Shown: positions 35,355 to 45,687 of the stretch, piece after piece
Layout of the letters: each line of letters starts with the position of its first letter
How positions within the stretch are numbered: position 1 is the first letter of the stretch
Virus record (IMG/VR): IMGVR_UViG_3300038406_000196
Location: 1 to 64,000 of that record
DNA: 64,000 bases
Direction: 5' to 3' (one strand)
From: a virus
Notes under the pieces: model-generated
Told to the model about the DNA's origin: nothing
Database searches by the model: none
Seen by the model: the letters and a program-made list of their open reading frames with translations, nothing else
Position numbers and translations under genes: made by a program

Positions 35355-35924
35355 TCAGCGGTTCACCGCCTTGGTCGCCTGTGATGCCTCAAGCGCCTCG
35401 CGTGCGGCGTAGAACTCCGACAGGTGCCGGGGGGTCCATGTGCAACCGGGCTCGTCCGAGCCGTCGAACCGGTCACCCGGCTTGCCCTCATAGCAGGCCC
35501 ACAGGGTGCCCTCGTGCTCGAACAGGACTGGCGAGATGAGCCGGTGCGTGAACGTCTGGCCCTTGGCGGGGACCGCTGCGTGGCGTGGCAGCCCGTGTTG
35601 CGTCAGTACGTGCCGGACGTCGGGCGGGCGGTGATCCGCCAGCCACTGCCGGGCCGGATCGCCCGGCTTGCCGCGACGTGGCTCCAGCCGGCCGCGGACC
35701 ATCCGCCACCCGTCCGGGATCGCTCCGGAGCCGTCAGGTTCCAGCCCTACGATCTCGTCCGGGCGCCCCCACACGCCATGGTGCACCAGCGGACCCTTGC
35801 TGCCGCCCAGTGCAGCGCAGGCGTCCTGGACACGCTCGCCGTACGCCCGCAGGTCGGCGCGGGCTTGCCGGAACGCCGCCACCGCGGCCGCATCGTTGGT
35901 TGAGTAGGCGTACTGGTCAGCCAT
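35355..35924 (-). CDS. hypothetical phage protein
   Basis: AAGGAG RBS, coupled. Confidence 0.6.
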   Translation of the reverse strand: MADQYAYSTNDAAAVAAFRQARADLRAYGERVQDACAALGGSKGPLVHHGVWGRPDEIVGLEPDGSGAIPDGWRMVRGRLEPRRGKPGDPARQWLADHRPPDVRHVLTQHGLPRHAAVPAKGQTFTHRLISPVLFEHEGTLWACYEGKPGDRFDGSDEPGCTWTPRHLSEFYAAREALEASQATKAVNR

Positions 35925-36158
35925 TGGTCCGCTCCTTGACCTCGAACCGGATGACGATCTCGTCGTCGCCGGGGAAGAACCGCAGCGCGTCATCACTCAG
36001 CGCGGCACCCTCCGGCAACCGGTGGACCTGCCGGTACTCGCGCGCAGCCGACACCATCGCCTTGTCCACCTCGACCCAGCAGGCACCCCACAGGCCATCG
36101 CTGGGCACCGTGTACTCGATGTGGCGGGTGGTGTATTCCCTCCGGCTGTAGGTCGCCA

Positions 36159-36590
36159 TCAGCTTCGGCCATCCTGGATCTCGCCGTCGGGCCAGACGAT
36201 GCGGGGCGCGTCCTTGACCACCTCGTACTCCCGACCATTCGCGGCGCTGCGGACGTAGAGGCGCCACAGATCACCGGACTCCTCGCCCTCACCCTCAAGG
36301 CGGCCATGGCACTCCCGGCCACCCGGCGAGCAGTACCGGGATACGACTTCCTGCACCTCGGCCTCGATGTCGTACGCCTTGAACCGGTCCTCCGAGATCG
36401 GCACGATCCCGACGACGGATCGCTTCGTCAGAGTGCCCTCGTCGGTTTCGACTGTCGCCTCCTCGACGTGCAGCCGGATGCACTTGCTGCTCTCGGACCA
36501 GTCCTTGAGGTACTCGTCGTCCTTGACGGCACCCCACGGGATCGGCGGCTCGAACCGGATCTCGCCGGTAACGCGCGTGTAGTAGCCCAT
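36159..36590 (-). CDS. hypothetical phage protein (DUF6205-like)
   Basis: MGYYTRVTGEIRFEPP...GEGEESGDLWR. Confidence 0.65.
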   Translation of the reverse strand: MGYYTRVTGEIRFEPPIPWGAVKDDEYLKDWSESSKCIRLHVEEATVETDEGTLTKRSVVGIVPISEDRFKAYDIEAEVQEVVSRYCSPGGRECHGRLEGEGEESGDLWRLYVRSAANGREYEVVKDAPRIVWPDGEIQDGRS

Positions 36591-37117
36591 CAGGCAGCTC
36601 CTTCCTCGTATCGGTGCCAGCGGCCGGAGTTGTCCAGCCAGACCGGCTCGGCGTCGTGACGTGTCTGCACCGGCACCTGGGTGGCGTCCTGGTGTTCCCG
36701 GAGCAGCCAGCCCATCCGCTCGGCGATCTTTCGGCGGCGCGGGAGCGCCATGTGGTGGGTGTGGCAGACGCTCAGCAGCCACGCCGGGCCGTTCACCCGC
36801 TCGTGCGCCTCACCGTGCCGACCGCCGCTCTTGCGGTTCAGCCGGTGGTGCCGCTCGGTTGCTGGCTGATGGCAGCCGGGCCACTCGCACCGCTTGCCGG
36901 ACCGCTTGTCGATCAGCTCGATGACGGACTTCTTCGGCCCGGTGTAGCGGGAGCGCGTGCGCGGCGCGGGCGTACGGCTGAGAGCTTTACGGCAGGCCAG
37001 CTCGGCGTCCTTGCTCGGCTTGCGCCGGAACGTCGAAGTCGGGTACATGTCGCCCTCAGCGGCACGCGCGGCGCGCTGCTTGGGCGAGATCGGGTTCAGG
37101 CGGGCGGTGCGGTTCAT
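36590..37117 (-). CDS. HNH-like endonuclease
   Basis: RCEWPGC...ERHHRLNRKSGG...LLSVCHTHH. Confidence 0.7.
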   Translation of the reverse strand: MNRTARLNPISPKQRAARAAEGDMYPTSTFRRKPSKDAELACRKALSRTPAPRTRSRYTGPKKSVIELIDKRSGKRCEWPGCHQPATERHHRLNRKSGGRHGEAHERVNGPAWLLSVCHTHHMALPRRRKIAERMGWLLREHQDATQVPVQTRHDAEPVWLDNSGRWHRYEEGAA

Positions 37118-37509
37118 CCGTGCGCCCCGCTCGTCGCATACGCTTGTCCTACCGACTTTGCCAGCGTCGCCGCGAGCGTGCCTTGCTGGTACAAGGTCCG
37201 CAGGTGCTCCTCGGCTGCCTTGCGCTTCACCTCGGCCAGCTCGTACGCCTCACGCTCCTCCGAGCACCGGTCCGCCACCCAGGCGTCCCGTTCTGCCGTG
37301 GTGTAGCCGCCGCGGGTCACCTTCGGGCAGTCGCTGGCGAGGATGGTCTGCCGGTATGCCCGCTCGTAGGCGTGCTTGGCCCCAACCTCCTCGTCCCGCG
37401 CCTCGCGCAGGTCGGCCTGAGCCCGAGTCATCTGGTTCTGGACCCAGCGGATCTGCCGCTCCACCTCCACCGGGGTCAGCGGCTCAAACCGGGGCGTCGG
37501 CGCGGTCAT
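37114..37509 (-). CDS. conserved coiled-coil actinophage protein
   Basis: LTPVEVERQI...; ATGA coupling. Confidence 0.65.
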   Translation of the reverse strand: MTAPTPRFEPLTPVEVERQIRWVQNQMTRAQADLREARDEEVGAKHAYERAYRQTILASDCPKVTRGGYTTAERDAWVADRCSEEREAYELAEVKRKAAEEHLRTLYQQGTLAATLAKSVGQAYATSGAHG

Positions 37510-38615
37510 GCGGTCTCGCCCGCCTTGGCCTGCTCGATCGCGGCGAGGAACTTCCGCATGTCGTCGGCGCCGGCCTCATCCGACGACCGGCCGACGATCT
37601 CGCAGAAGTTCCGCTCCAGCTCGTCCGCGTCATCCCACGGCGAGGCTTCGAGGATCTGGTGCCACAGCTCCTCCAGGCCGTCACCGGCGGGCTCGGGCTC
37701 GACCGGCTCGCTGACCACCGTGGCGTCCACCACCTCCGGCTGAGGCTGCGCCGCCCGGATCGCTGCCGCCTTGCGCTCGAACGCGCCGGTCAGCTCCGGG
37801 GTGAGTACGTCCTTTGCCTTCCGGTGCAGCTCGTACAGCGCCTCAACCGTCTTCGCCGCCTCGATCAGCGACGGGTAGTCCAGCGGCGCGGCCTCGATCT
37901 CCGCCCGCATCTGCCCCTCGACCGCGGCGGCGCGGCGGGCGGTAATCAGCTCCTGCACCTTGCCGGAGGCGAGCTGTCCGGGGGTGAACTCGGCGATGTC
38001 CAGCACCGGCACGGCGAAGTTCATCGTCTTCGGCTTGCCGTCGACCAGCCGGGTGACGGTGCGCTGGTCGAGGATCAGGCGGCCGGGGATGATGCCCTGC
38101 GCCTGCGACAGGACCATCGCGATGCCGGGCAGCTCCACGGCGGCGTAGTACGAGCCGGTGTCGACCCGCCACACTCCCAGCCCTGGAACGTCTTCGAGCA
38201 TCACCCGCAGCCGGGTGTGCATCGAGCAGTCGCGCTTGCTGGGTTCCGGGTCGCACAGACACGCACCCTTGGAGATCGTCTCTTTCTGCCCGTCGCAGCG
38301 CCGCTGGCATCCGCCGGCCGACCACAGCTCGAACCACTGGGACTGTGACGGGTCCTGCGGCGGCACCATCACCGGGACTTCGGTGGCGTCCGTGATGACC
38401 TGCCACTGCTGGTTGCCCTTCGGTGGCTGCCACGGCTCGACCTTGCCGCCATACAAGTCGGCGATCTTCTCGATCAGCTCACGGCGTGGGGAGGTGAACC
38501 GCAGCCGGTCCAGCTTGACCGGGCGCCCCTTCTTGCCGTTCGCTGGCGGGATGTACACGCCGAGCCGGATGCGACCTGTTTCGGTCTGGGACTGCTGGAT
38601 TCCGATAATCGCCAT
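37506..38615 (-). CDS. recombination protein, Gp3-like RDF family
   Basis: GRIRLG...PVKLDRLRFTS...RRCDG...GLGVWRVDTGSYYAAVEL. Confidence 0.8.
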   Translation of the reverse strand: MAIIGIQQSQTETGRIRLGVYIPPANGKKGRPVKLDRLRFTSPRRELIEKIADLYGGKVEPWQPPKGNQQWQVITDATEVPVMVPPQDPSQSQWFELWSAGGCQRRCDGQKETISKGACLCDPEPSKRDCSMHTRLRVMLEDVPGLGVWRVDTGSYYAAVELPGIAMVLSQAQGIIPGRLILDQRTVTRLVDGKPKTMNFAVPVLDIAEFTPGQLASGKVQELITARRAAAVEGQMRAEIEAAPLDYPSLIEAAKTVEALYELHRKAKDVLTPELTGAFERKAAAIRAAQPQPEVVDATVVSEPVEPEPAGDGLEELWHQILEASPWDDADELERNFCEIVGRSSDEAGADDMRKFLAAIEQAKAGETA

Positions 38616-39496
38616 CAGGCCATCGCCTCCTTCGGCAGGTTCGTCGGTCGGGACAGGACAGTGCCCAGCCCGGCGGTGAGCCCTTCCACCACTCGCACCT
38701 CGTGGATGAAGGCGGCATGGTTGGCGTCGCTCAGGTGCACCTCACGCATCTGGATCTTGTCCGGGCGGATGTGCAGGATCAGCCCACCCTCGATCGCGGG
38801 CATGGGCTCCTCCGAGCCGTCGGGCAGCAGCACCACGTCCGCGTGGGCGTAGGCGTTGACCTGCCACCCCTCGGGAATGCCGATGTGCTTGCCGGTCTTC
38901 GTGTCCATCAAGATCGGCAGGCCGGCGAGGTGCTTGAGTTGCTTCGGCAGCGGCGAGTCCTCCGGGAACCGGAGAATCCCGTCGAGGGTGCCGGCGTACC
39001 CCCACTTGCGGGAGATCACCGTCATCTCGGTGGCCTCGAACTCGGGCCGGTAGTAGGCGCGCCACCGCCGGTACCAGTCGACCAGCGGCGCAACATCCTC
39101 GTCCACGGTGGCGCCCTCGCCGAACAGCTCCAGCTCCTCGGCCGCCTCGTGCACACGCGAGCCCCGGTTGCCGGCCTCGTCCCGCACCTCGTTGTGCCGG
39201 TTGGCCAACCAGAACGTCGCGCACTCCCGGCACTGCCCACACGCGTGCTCGGTCGTGGTGGAGTTGCAGGGTGCCACCCGCGAGCAGCGGACCAGCCACG
39301 GCAGCCGGTCCACCGCCGCCTCCGCCGCCAGCCGGGCAGACCAATCCGTCAGCCCGAACTTCGAGATGTAGCCCAACACCGTCGTCACGGAGATGAACCG
39401 CTCCCCGGAGATGGGATGCGGATACCAGCGGCGGCCGGTCGCCTTGTCCGTCTCGGCGTGGACAGGCTCGCGCTTGGCCTTGGTCGGCGCAGTCAC
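38615..39496 (-). CDS. Cas4-like PD-(D/E)xK exonuclease
   Basis: SVTTVL, GSRVHE, YAGTLD, DTKTG, QVNAY. Confidence 0.85.
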   Translation of the reverse strand: MTAPTKAKREPVHAETDKATGRRWYPHPISGERFISVTTVLGYISKFGLTDWSARLAAEAAVDRLPWLVRCSRVAPCNSTTTEHACGQCRECATFWLANRHNEVRDEAGNRGSRVHEAAEELELFGEGATVDEDVAPLVDWYRRWRAYYRPEFEATEMTVISRKWGYAGTLDGILRFPEDSPLPKQLKHLAGLPILMDTKTGKHIGIPEGWQVNAYAHADVVLLPDGSEEPMPAIEGGLILHIRPDKIQMREVHLSDANHAAFIHEVRVVEGLTAGLGTVLSRPTNLPKEAMA

Positions 39497-40325
39497 TTCG
39501 ACTCCTCACCCATTGCGATCCGGACCGCCACCGCCAGCGAGTGCCCGCCACCGTGGTTCGGGTGCCGCCAGTCGTTGTCGTTGCGTCCCTTGCTCCAGCC
39601 GTTGTCAAGCAGGTACAGGCGGCGCATGGTCGGGTTCATGCCACGAGCGCGAGTCTCCACAGCGTTCACCGGTCATCCCTCCGCTTCTGCGCGGCCTCCA
39701 GCTCGACATCGGCCTGGGTGCAGTCCGGGCAGTCCGGCGAGCCGTCGGAGTACAGCGGGTGGCTGCGGTCCCACCGGTGCTCCGGCAGGTCGCAGCGGAC
39801 ACACCAGCGGAGCAACGTCGGAGTCCTCACTGCTGCCTCCCCAGGTCCATCCGGGCCAGCACAGTCCGGCCGTCATCTGTCGGCGACCAGAGCGAGTACC
39901 GCTCGTTGGGCAGACGCTGACCGCGCTCGATCAGGCCGCGCTTGGCCAGCGCCTCCACTGTGGTGGTGCACGCCTCGCCCCGCACGACCCAGCTGCGGCG
40001 GCGCGGGGACAACTCGTCACGCCGCACCTCGCCACGTGCGACCGCCTTGAGTACCAGACGCATCGTGTCGGACAACTTCTGCTCGCTCACCGGTCACCAC
40101 CACCCTCGGTGCTGGCGAGGATCAGGATCTGCGGCAGGGTCCTCGCCCAATGGAGCAGCGTCCGGCGGGCGTGCTCGGAGCGGTCCACCGTGAAACCGTG
40201 GGCGGCGGCGGAGTTGGCCAGCAGCTCCACCAGCGCCTCGGGGTCGATGAACACCTCACGAGGTAGGGTCGGCGACTCGTCCTCGGCGGCGGCGAGACTG
40301 GCGGCCAGAACGCGTGACGACATCC

Positions 40326-40652
40326 TCATCGGGCACCGCCTGCCCGCCGAGCGGCGACCAGCTCACGCCACGCCTGGGTCAGTTCGCGTCCGTTGGTTCG
40401 GCAGTCAGCCCAGTCCAGCCCGAACCCAAGCGGGATCGCGCGCGCCAGGATTTCACCCCACTTGCCAGCGATGTCGGCGAACAACGGTGCATCCTCGTAG
40501 GCGCCGTGGAGCTGCCCCAAGACGCACCGGCAGTTGTCGTTGACGTCCAGCCGGTCGACGATCCGCTCGGCCCAGCCGGGCTCGTGCTCGTCCAGCCAGG
40601 CAGCACCAGCGGCTACCCGGTCGGCGACGGTGGAAACGGTCGTAGTGATCAT
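40326..40652 (-). CDS. hypothetical phage protein
   Basis: RVAAGAAWLD...CVLGQL motif; GGAGG RBS. Confidence 0.6.
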   Translation of the reverse strand: MITTTVSTVADRVAAGAAWLDEHEPGWAERIVDRLDVNDNCRCVLGQLHGAYEDAPLFADIAGKWGEILARAIPLGFGLDWADCRTNGRELTQAWRELVAARRAGGAR

Positions 40653-41072
40653 CGGAAAGCCTCCTTGGCTTGCTTGTACGGTGCGGCGCCCAAGGCGACA
40701 GCCAGCAGTCCCAGGAAGATGCCGAAGGCGAGGTTGTACCACTGGCCGCTTGAGTCGATGTAGGCCGTGAGGTTGAAGGCCGACGCGCCAGCCCACACCC
40801 CGACCGTTACTGCCCGGCCGAAGGTCATGCGGACACCTCCGCCCGGCTCGCCAGGTGGCGGTACGCCGACTCGTAGTGCTCGGCCTGCACGTCGGTGCGC
40901 TCAGCGAGGGCGCGTACGTCGGTGAGTACCGCAAACCAGTCGTTCTCACCGATCTCGGGGTAGCTGTCCCAGTCCAGCTCGCCGGACGCGATTGCCATGT
41001 CGACGGCCGCAGCAAGCACGCGGCGCGCAACCGTGCGGATAGCCTTCCGCGTGGCCAGGTCGGTGGTAGTGG

Positions 41073-41408
41073 TCATCGGCCAGCCGCCTCGCGGTCGTTG
41101 GCTTCGAGCACGGGCGAGTAGCCGCCGGAGACCAGGCCGGTGGACGGGTCCACCCAGCCACCGTGCAGCTCGTCGGCCGTGTCGGTGAACGGCTCAGCCG
41201 GAGCGTCTAGGTCCTCGTACTGGGTGGCCTCGGCGACGAGCTGGACCATGCTGTCGCCGAACCGGTTCCACGAGATCACGGCGTGGTCGCTAAGGCCGGC
41301 CTTGTCGCACTCGGCTAGGAACGCTCGCACCGTGCCGAGGTGCATCTCCTCGAAGCACGCCTCGGAACGGACGGTCAGGGTGGTGCGGCGGGTGTGGGTA
41401 GTGGTCAT
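41073..41408 (-). CDS. hypothetical phage protein
   Basis: GAGGAGGAG RBS. Confidence 0.6.
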   Translation of the reverse strand: MTTTHTRRTTLTVRSEACFEEMHLGTVRAFLAECDKAGLSDHAVISWNRFGDSMVQLVAEATQYEDLDAPAEPFTDTADELHGGWVDPSTGLVSGGYSPVLEANDREAAGR

Positions 41409-41435
41409 GGGCTCCTCCTCGGGGGTCTTGGGGGG

Positions 41436-41867
41436 TCAGAACTTCAGGGCCGGCTCTGCTGGCCGGTCGATCACGTCGAAGGGGTCGGCGATCCGGTAGG
41501 TCACGCTGTTCGGCTGCTGCCGCTCGGCGACGATCTGTGCGTGCCGGTCCCGCATCTCGGCCTCGAACCCGGCGCGTTCGGCCCGGTCGGCGTCGGTCAT
41601 CAGCGCCTCACGTGCCACCTCCAGCCGGTTGATCCGTGCCTGCGAGAAGGCGTTGCGCTGCGCGGCGGTCTCCTGCATCAGCAACTCGGAGACGAGGAGG
41701 CGCAGGGCTGCCCGGTTCTTGCGGGAGGGTGCGTGCTGGCCGCTCTCCCAGCGGGCGACGGTGCGGGGGTGGCAGCCGATCTCGGCGGCGAGGGTGGCGC
41801 GCGGGTGGCCGAGGATCGCGAGGATCTCGACTGCCTTGGCGGCAACTACGCCGGTCGCGTTTCCCAT
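41436..41867 (-). CDS. XRE-family HTH protein
   Basis: RATLAAEIGCHPRTVARWESGQHAP. Confidence 0.75.
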   Translation of the reverse strand: MGNATGVVAAKAVEILAILGHPRATLAAEIGCHPRTVARWESGQHAPSRKNRAALRLLVSELLMQETAAQRNAFSQARINRLEVAREALMTDADRAERAGFEAEMRDRHAQIVAERQQPNSVTYRIADPFDVIDRPAEPALKF

Positions 41868-41896
41868 GAGCCCGCTCCCTTCACCGTATCTCTGTA

Positions 41897-41930
41897 GGTA
41901 CAGCATACCGACCGTGCCGGTACAGCGCAA
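41897..41930 (-). promoter_or_regulatory. sigma70-type promoter with GCTGTACC direct repeats
   Basis: TTGCGC-17-TATGCT on the minus strand; GGTACAGC at 41897 and 41919. Confidence 0.65.
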
Positions 41931-41973
41931 CCGAGGTGCTAGGATCAGCGCACCTACAGAAGGGCAGACCGCG

Positions 41974-42204
41974 ATGGCCGAACGGACGAGGCGCCGACCC
42001 CCCTCGTCGCCGCTCCAGAACTTCCGCCTTGAGCGGTCGATCTGGCGCCGGTTCGGCCGTGCCGCAGCCAAGAACGGCACGAACCGCACCTCGGCACTGC
42101 GCCAGTTCGTGCTCTGGTACATCGGCGAAGAGGGCACCGCACCGCCTGGCCGGCCCGAGACGCCGACGCCCGAGCTACCGGAAGACCGCGACGAGCCCGA
42201 GTAG
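41974..42204 (+). CDS. ribbon-helix-helix DNA-binding protein
   Basis: QNFRLERSIWRRFGRAAAKNGTNRTSALRQFVLWY. Confidence 0.7.
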   Translation: MAERTRRRPPSSPLQNFRLERSIWRRFGRAAAKNGTNRTSALRQFVLWYIGEEGTAPPGRPETPTPELPEDRDEPE

Positions 42205-42501
42205 CTACGCATCCTGGCTCGCCGCCTTCGCCTCCACGGGCGCGATGTAGGGAGCCAGGTCGGTCTCGCCCAGCCAATGCAGCAGCCGCACCAGCTGATC
42301 GGTCGACGGCCGTACGCCCCGACCGAGGCGGGTCACCGCCGACGGCGTGTGCTCGCCGACCTGCCGGCACACCTCGCGCTTGCTGACCCCCAGCTCCCGG
42401 CGGCGGCGATCCACCGCGCGGTACAGGGCCTCCACGTCGAGCTGGACAGTCCGCGGTGCGGGTGCCCTCTCCTCGGCAACGAACTCCACTCGGGTGGCCA
42501 C
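42205..42501 (-). CDS. XRE-like HTH protein
   Basis: RRRELGVSKREVCRQVG..PSAVTRLGRG. Confidence 0.65.
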   Translation of the reverse strand: MATRVEFVAEERAPAPRTVQLDVEALYRAVDRRRRELGVSKREVCRQVGEHTPSAVTRLGRGVRPSTDQLVRLLHWLGETDLAPYIAPVEAKAASQDA

Positions 42502-42949
42502 GGCTACGCCACCCCTGCCGCAACCGGGCGGCGCCGCGTCTTCGCCGGCCGCGTGGCCAAACACGGCTCGCACTGGCAGCCGCAGTCCCGCGCCGACCGG
42601 GTGCCGTGGTTGAGCCGTCCCGACGCCAGCCGCTCAGCCCGGTTGCGCGCCACCCGCTCCCGCTGGTACGCCACACACCGGTAGCAGCGGCAGCGGGCCT
42701 CGGCGTACGCCTTGTAGGTGCCGTGACGGATCGAGCCGGCCATTCAGCTCACTCCTGCCGTGACCACTCGGGCCGGCCTGCACTCCGGGCAGCACCCCAC
42801 CAGCTCCTCCGGCGTGTGATCCGGCCAGTCCCTCGGAGCCACCGACCAGCCCACGTCCCTGGCAGCCGTGATAAGCCCGCCGCCGGCGTATCCGGCAGGT
42901 GCGTACCGCCGGCCGCAGCCGGGTGTCTGGCACACCACCGCAGGCCGGG

Positions 42950-43396
42950 TCACGACAGCACCACCACGAGCAAGGCCGAGACCCACAGCGCGGCGTAGTG
43001 GAGGCTCTGGTCTGCCAGGTACATGCCGTTCAGCCCGACCTGCACCTGGTCTGGCTGGCCGAGGCGGGCGAACGGCGCCGAGCCGGTGTGCTCCAGCAGC
43101 CACCGCACCGGCCAGCGGCGGTCCAGGAAGGCGTGTGTCACTGCGCTGAACCCCAACCCGGCCAACACCCCTAGCACCGACACCGGAAGCTGCAACACCG
43201 GGGCCACGACCACGAGCATCCCCAGCAGCACCAGGTGGTACTGGGCAACGTGGGCCAGGTTCGCCGACCAGCCGACCCAACCCGGCTGCATCTTGTGCTT
43301 CGCCTGCCGGTCGGTCTGCCCCAGCACGTGATCGGCGAGCTGGTGCCCGGCGTACAGGGTCACAGCAACAGCGGCGAAGGTGGCAGCGTCAGGCAT
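42950..43396 (-). CDS. DUF3307 membrane protein
   Basis: HQLADHVLGQT...THAFLDRRW...DQSLH. Confidence 0.8.
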   Translation of the reverse strand: MPDAATFAAVAVTLYAGHQLADHVLGQTDRQAKHKMQPGWVGWSANLAHVAQYHLVLLGMLVVVAPVLQLPVSVLGVLAGLGFSAVTHAFLDRRWPVRWLLEHTGSAPFARLGQPDQVQVGLNGMYLADQSLHYAALWVSALLVVVLS

Positions 43397-43734
43397 CGGT
43401 GCTCACCACCTCGGGTGCGTCGACCAGCCGCAGCGGCACCATGTGCGCCCCGATGCAGGGCCGTCCCCGGCGCGGGTCGTCGTGGTCGCCCAGCGCCCCG
43501 GAGTCGTTCAGCCGGATCGCCCCGGTGCAGGAACCGCATTGCCCGTACCGCACCGGTTCCGGCTCAGGTGCCAGCCGGTAGCCGGCACCGAGCAGAACCC
43601 GAGCCAGCGTCCAGTGGCCGTACCGGATGCCCCGCTCCCAGGCGTCGGTGAGGAGAGCTGCGAGAGCGTCCACCTCGGCCTCGGTGGGCTCGGGAAGGTC
43701 GGCGCGGACGGGCAGCGGTAGCAGGGTTGCCGAC

Positions 43735-45414
43735 TCAGGCACGGGCCACCTCCTCTCCAGTGATTGCCTCGACCACCGCGGCGATCAGGTCCCGGGCGGC
43801 CGGCGGCGTGACGGCGTTGCCGAGCTGCCTCACCCGCTCGCGCTTGTTGCCGAGCACCACGTACGCCGGCTGAAACGCCATGGCGGCCTGGATCTCGTGA
43901 GGCTCCAGCATCCGGAAGGTGCAGTCGTCCACCCTCACCTCCGGGCCGACCAGCGCCTGCCGGTCGACGGTGGTCACCGTCCCGACCGGCTCATCCACGC
44001 GCCGCGCGGTGCTGGTGCCGTAGTAGGGCACCAGTAGGTTGTCCCAGCGGATCAGCGACTGCACCTGCTGGGCCAGGATCGTCCGCAGTGGCTCGGTGAC
44101 CGGGGTGGACATCTGGCCCTGGTCGCCGCGGGCGGTCATGTTGCGCATCACGAGCGCGTGGTGGTTGCCGGCTGCCGCTACGGTCGGAGCTGGCGCCTCC
44201 TCGGCCAGCCGAGCTACGCCGTTGTTGCGCAGGGGCACCACGAGCGCATCCTGTAGCCGGGCGGTCTGGGTACGGGCCGGCTCGGCGGCCGGGCGAGCAG
44301 CGATGCCCTCGCGGCCCTCCACCGGCACAACGAGGGCGTCAGTGTCGCGGGTGAGCCTGGCCGTCATAGGCTCGCTGACCAGCCGGGCGGACGCCTCGTG
44401 GTTGGGCCCGCCGACGGCGAGCATCATCGGCGGGCAGGCGACCGCCTTGCTCGGGGTGGTGTGCAGCGTCTTGAACGGCTGTTCGTCCGCCGGCCACGCC
44501 CGCACGTAGTCCGATCCGGGACGCTCGTACGTGTTGCCGGCGGCCTCCAGGTGGATCGGCCGGGCGTACCGCTTCAGCCCGGCTTCGATCCGGGCGACGG
44601 TCTTCGGCGCCAACGGCCTCGGGCGGTCACCGATCCGCTCGCCCGGCAGGTCCCAGTCGATCGCCACCGCGGCCGGTAGGACGCCGGGGAACACCTCGAC
44701 GTGCTGGCAAGCCTGGTTCGGGCACCGGTAGAGGTATTGCTGCCGGTAGCGGCCCCGTGGCCGGTCGGGACGCTTCCACGCCTGCACCGCCCGCACCTGC
44801 TCGTCGCACTCCGGGCACCATGCCGCTGGCCGGGTCCACCGGTCCAGGTCCGGCCGACGACCGCCCCGGCGCCACGCCACGACGTACAGCCGGTCACGGG
44901 ACTGCGGTGCGGGTGCGCCGACCTGCTGCGCGAACATGCTGTTCAGGTACACCACCGCGTGGTCGTAGCCGAGGTTGTCGAGCCCCATCACCCACGCCGG
45001 CCACAGCACCCAGTCCCGCACGTCGACCACGTTCTCGACGACGACCGCCCGGTACCGGTGCACCTCGGCGAACCGGAGGACATCGAACATGGTCGCCCGG
45101 GACCGCTCCGCAGCCTCGTCGGGCAGGGTCTCGCCGAACAGGTCGGGCTGGGCGCCCTCCTTGCGTCGGCCACGGGCCTGGCTGTGGTTTGTGCACTCCG
45201 GGCTGGCCCAGAGGATGTCGGTGCGCGGGTACCGCCGGGGGTCGACCTGGGAAATGTCGGCCGTGTCGTGGTCGGCGTGCGGGAGGTTCCGGTTGTGGGT
45301 CTCGACCGCCAGCTTCCAGTGGTTCGCGGCCATCCGAATGCGCACCCCGGGCACAAGCTCGGCACCCGAGCTCGAACCCCCGGCCCCACAAAACAGGTCA
45401 GTTACCGTCAGCAT
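43735..45414 (-). CDS. DNA (cytosine-5) methyltransferase
   Basis: DLFCGAGG, SPECTNHS, VENV, QSRDRLY, RQLGNAV. Confidence 0.95.
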   Translation of the reverse strand: MLTVTDLFCGAGGSSSGAELVPGVRIRMAANHWKLAVETHNRNLPHADHDTADISQVDPRRYPRTDILWASPECTNHSQARGRRKEGAQPDLFGETLPDEAAERSRATMFDVLRFAEVHRYRAVVVENVVDVRDWVLWPAWVMGLDNLGYDHAVVYLNSMFAQQVGAPAPQSRDRLYVVAWRRGGRRPDLDRWTRPAAWCPECDEQVRAVQAWKRPDRPRGRYRQQYLYRCPNQACQHVEVFPGVLPAAVAIDWDLPGERIGDRPRPLAPKTVARIEAGLKRYARPIHLEAAGNTYERPGSDYVRAWPADEQPFKTLHTTPSKAVACPPMMLAVGGPNHEASARLVSEPMTARLTRDTDALVVPVEGREGIAARPAAEPARTQTARLQDALVVPLRNNGVARLAEEAPAPTVAAAGNHHALVMRNMTARGDQGQMSTPVTEPLRTILAQQVQSLIRWDNLLVPYYGTSTARRVDEPVGTVTTVDRQALVGPEVRVDDCTFRMLEPHEIQAAMAFQPAYVVLGNKRERVRQLGNAVTPPAARDLIAAVVEAITGEEVARA

Positions 45415-45687
45415 TGGAGCCGCCCTCCAGCGCCCGCAGGGCACGCTCGTTTGCGACCGCCGGCAGCAGTGTCAGGTCGGCGAGGATTGCCCGTACCGCG
45501 TCCAGCCGGGCGTCGGCGGTGGCGTGTGCAGCCGTAGCCTTCAACGCGGCGCCCCGGGCCTTGCGTAGCTCCCGCTCCAGCCGTTCGATCTCGGCGGTGA
45601 GTCCGCCGCCGCGCTCAGCGGCGGCGTCCAAGTCGGCGCGCAGGTGCAACACCACCGCCTCATGGCCGCAGGGCTGCCACGGCCACC

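Noticed and set aside
38615-39496. Cas4-like gene as part of a CRISPR system
   Set aside because: Solo phage exonuclease paired with a recombination protein; no array or other cas genes.
28333-43742. Recurring 8-nt overlaps ATGCCTGA / RTGGCTGA at many junctions (for example 28333, 30540, 30781, 35107, 35917, 43389, 43735)
   Set aside because: Scattered translational-coupling overlaps typical of actinophage operons; not treated as a system, but they temper the cassette interpretation of the 11-mer.
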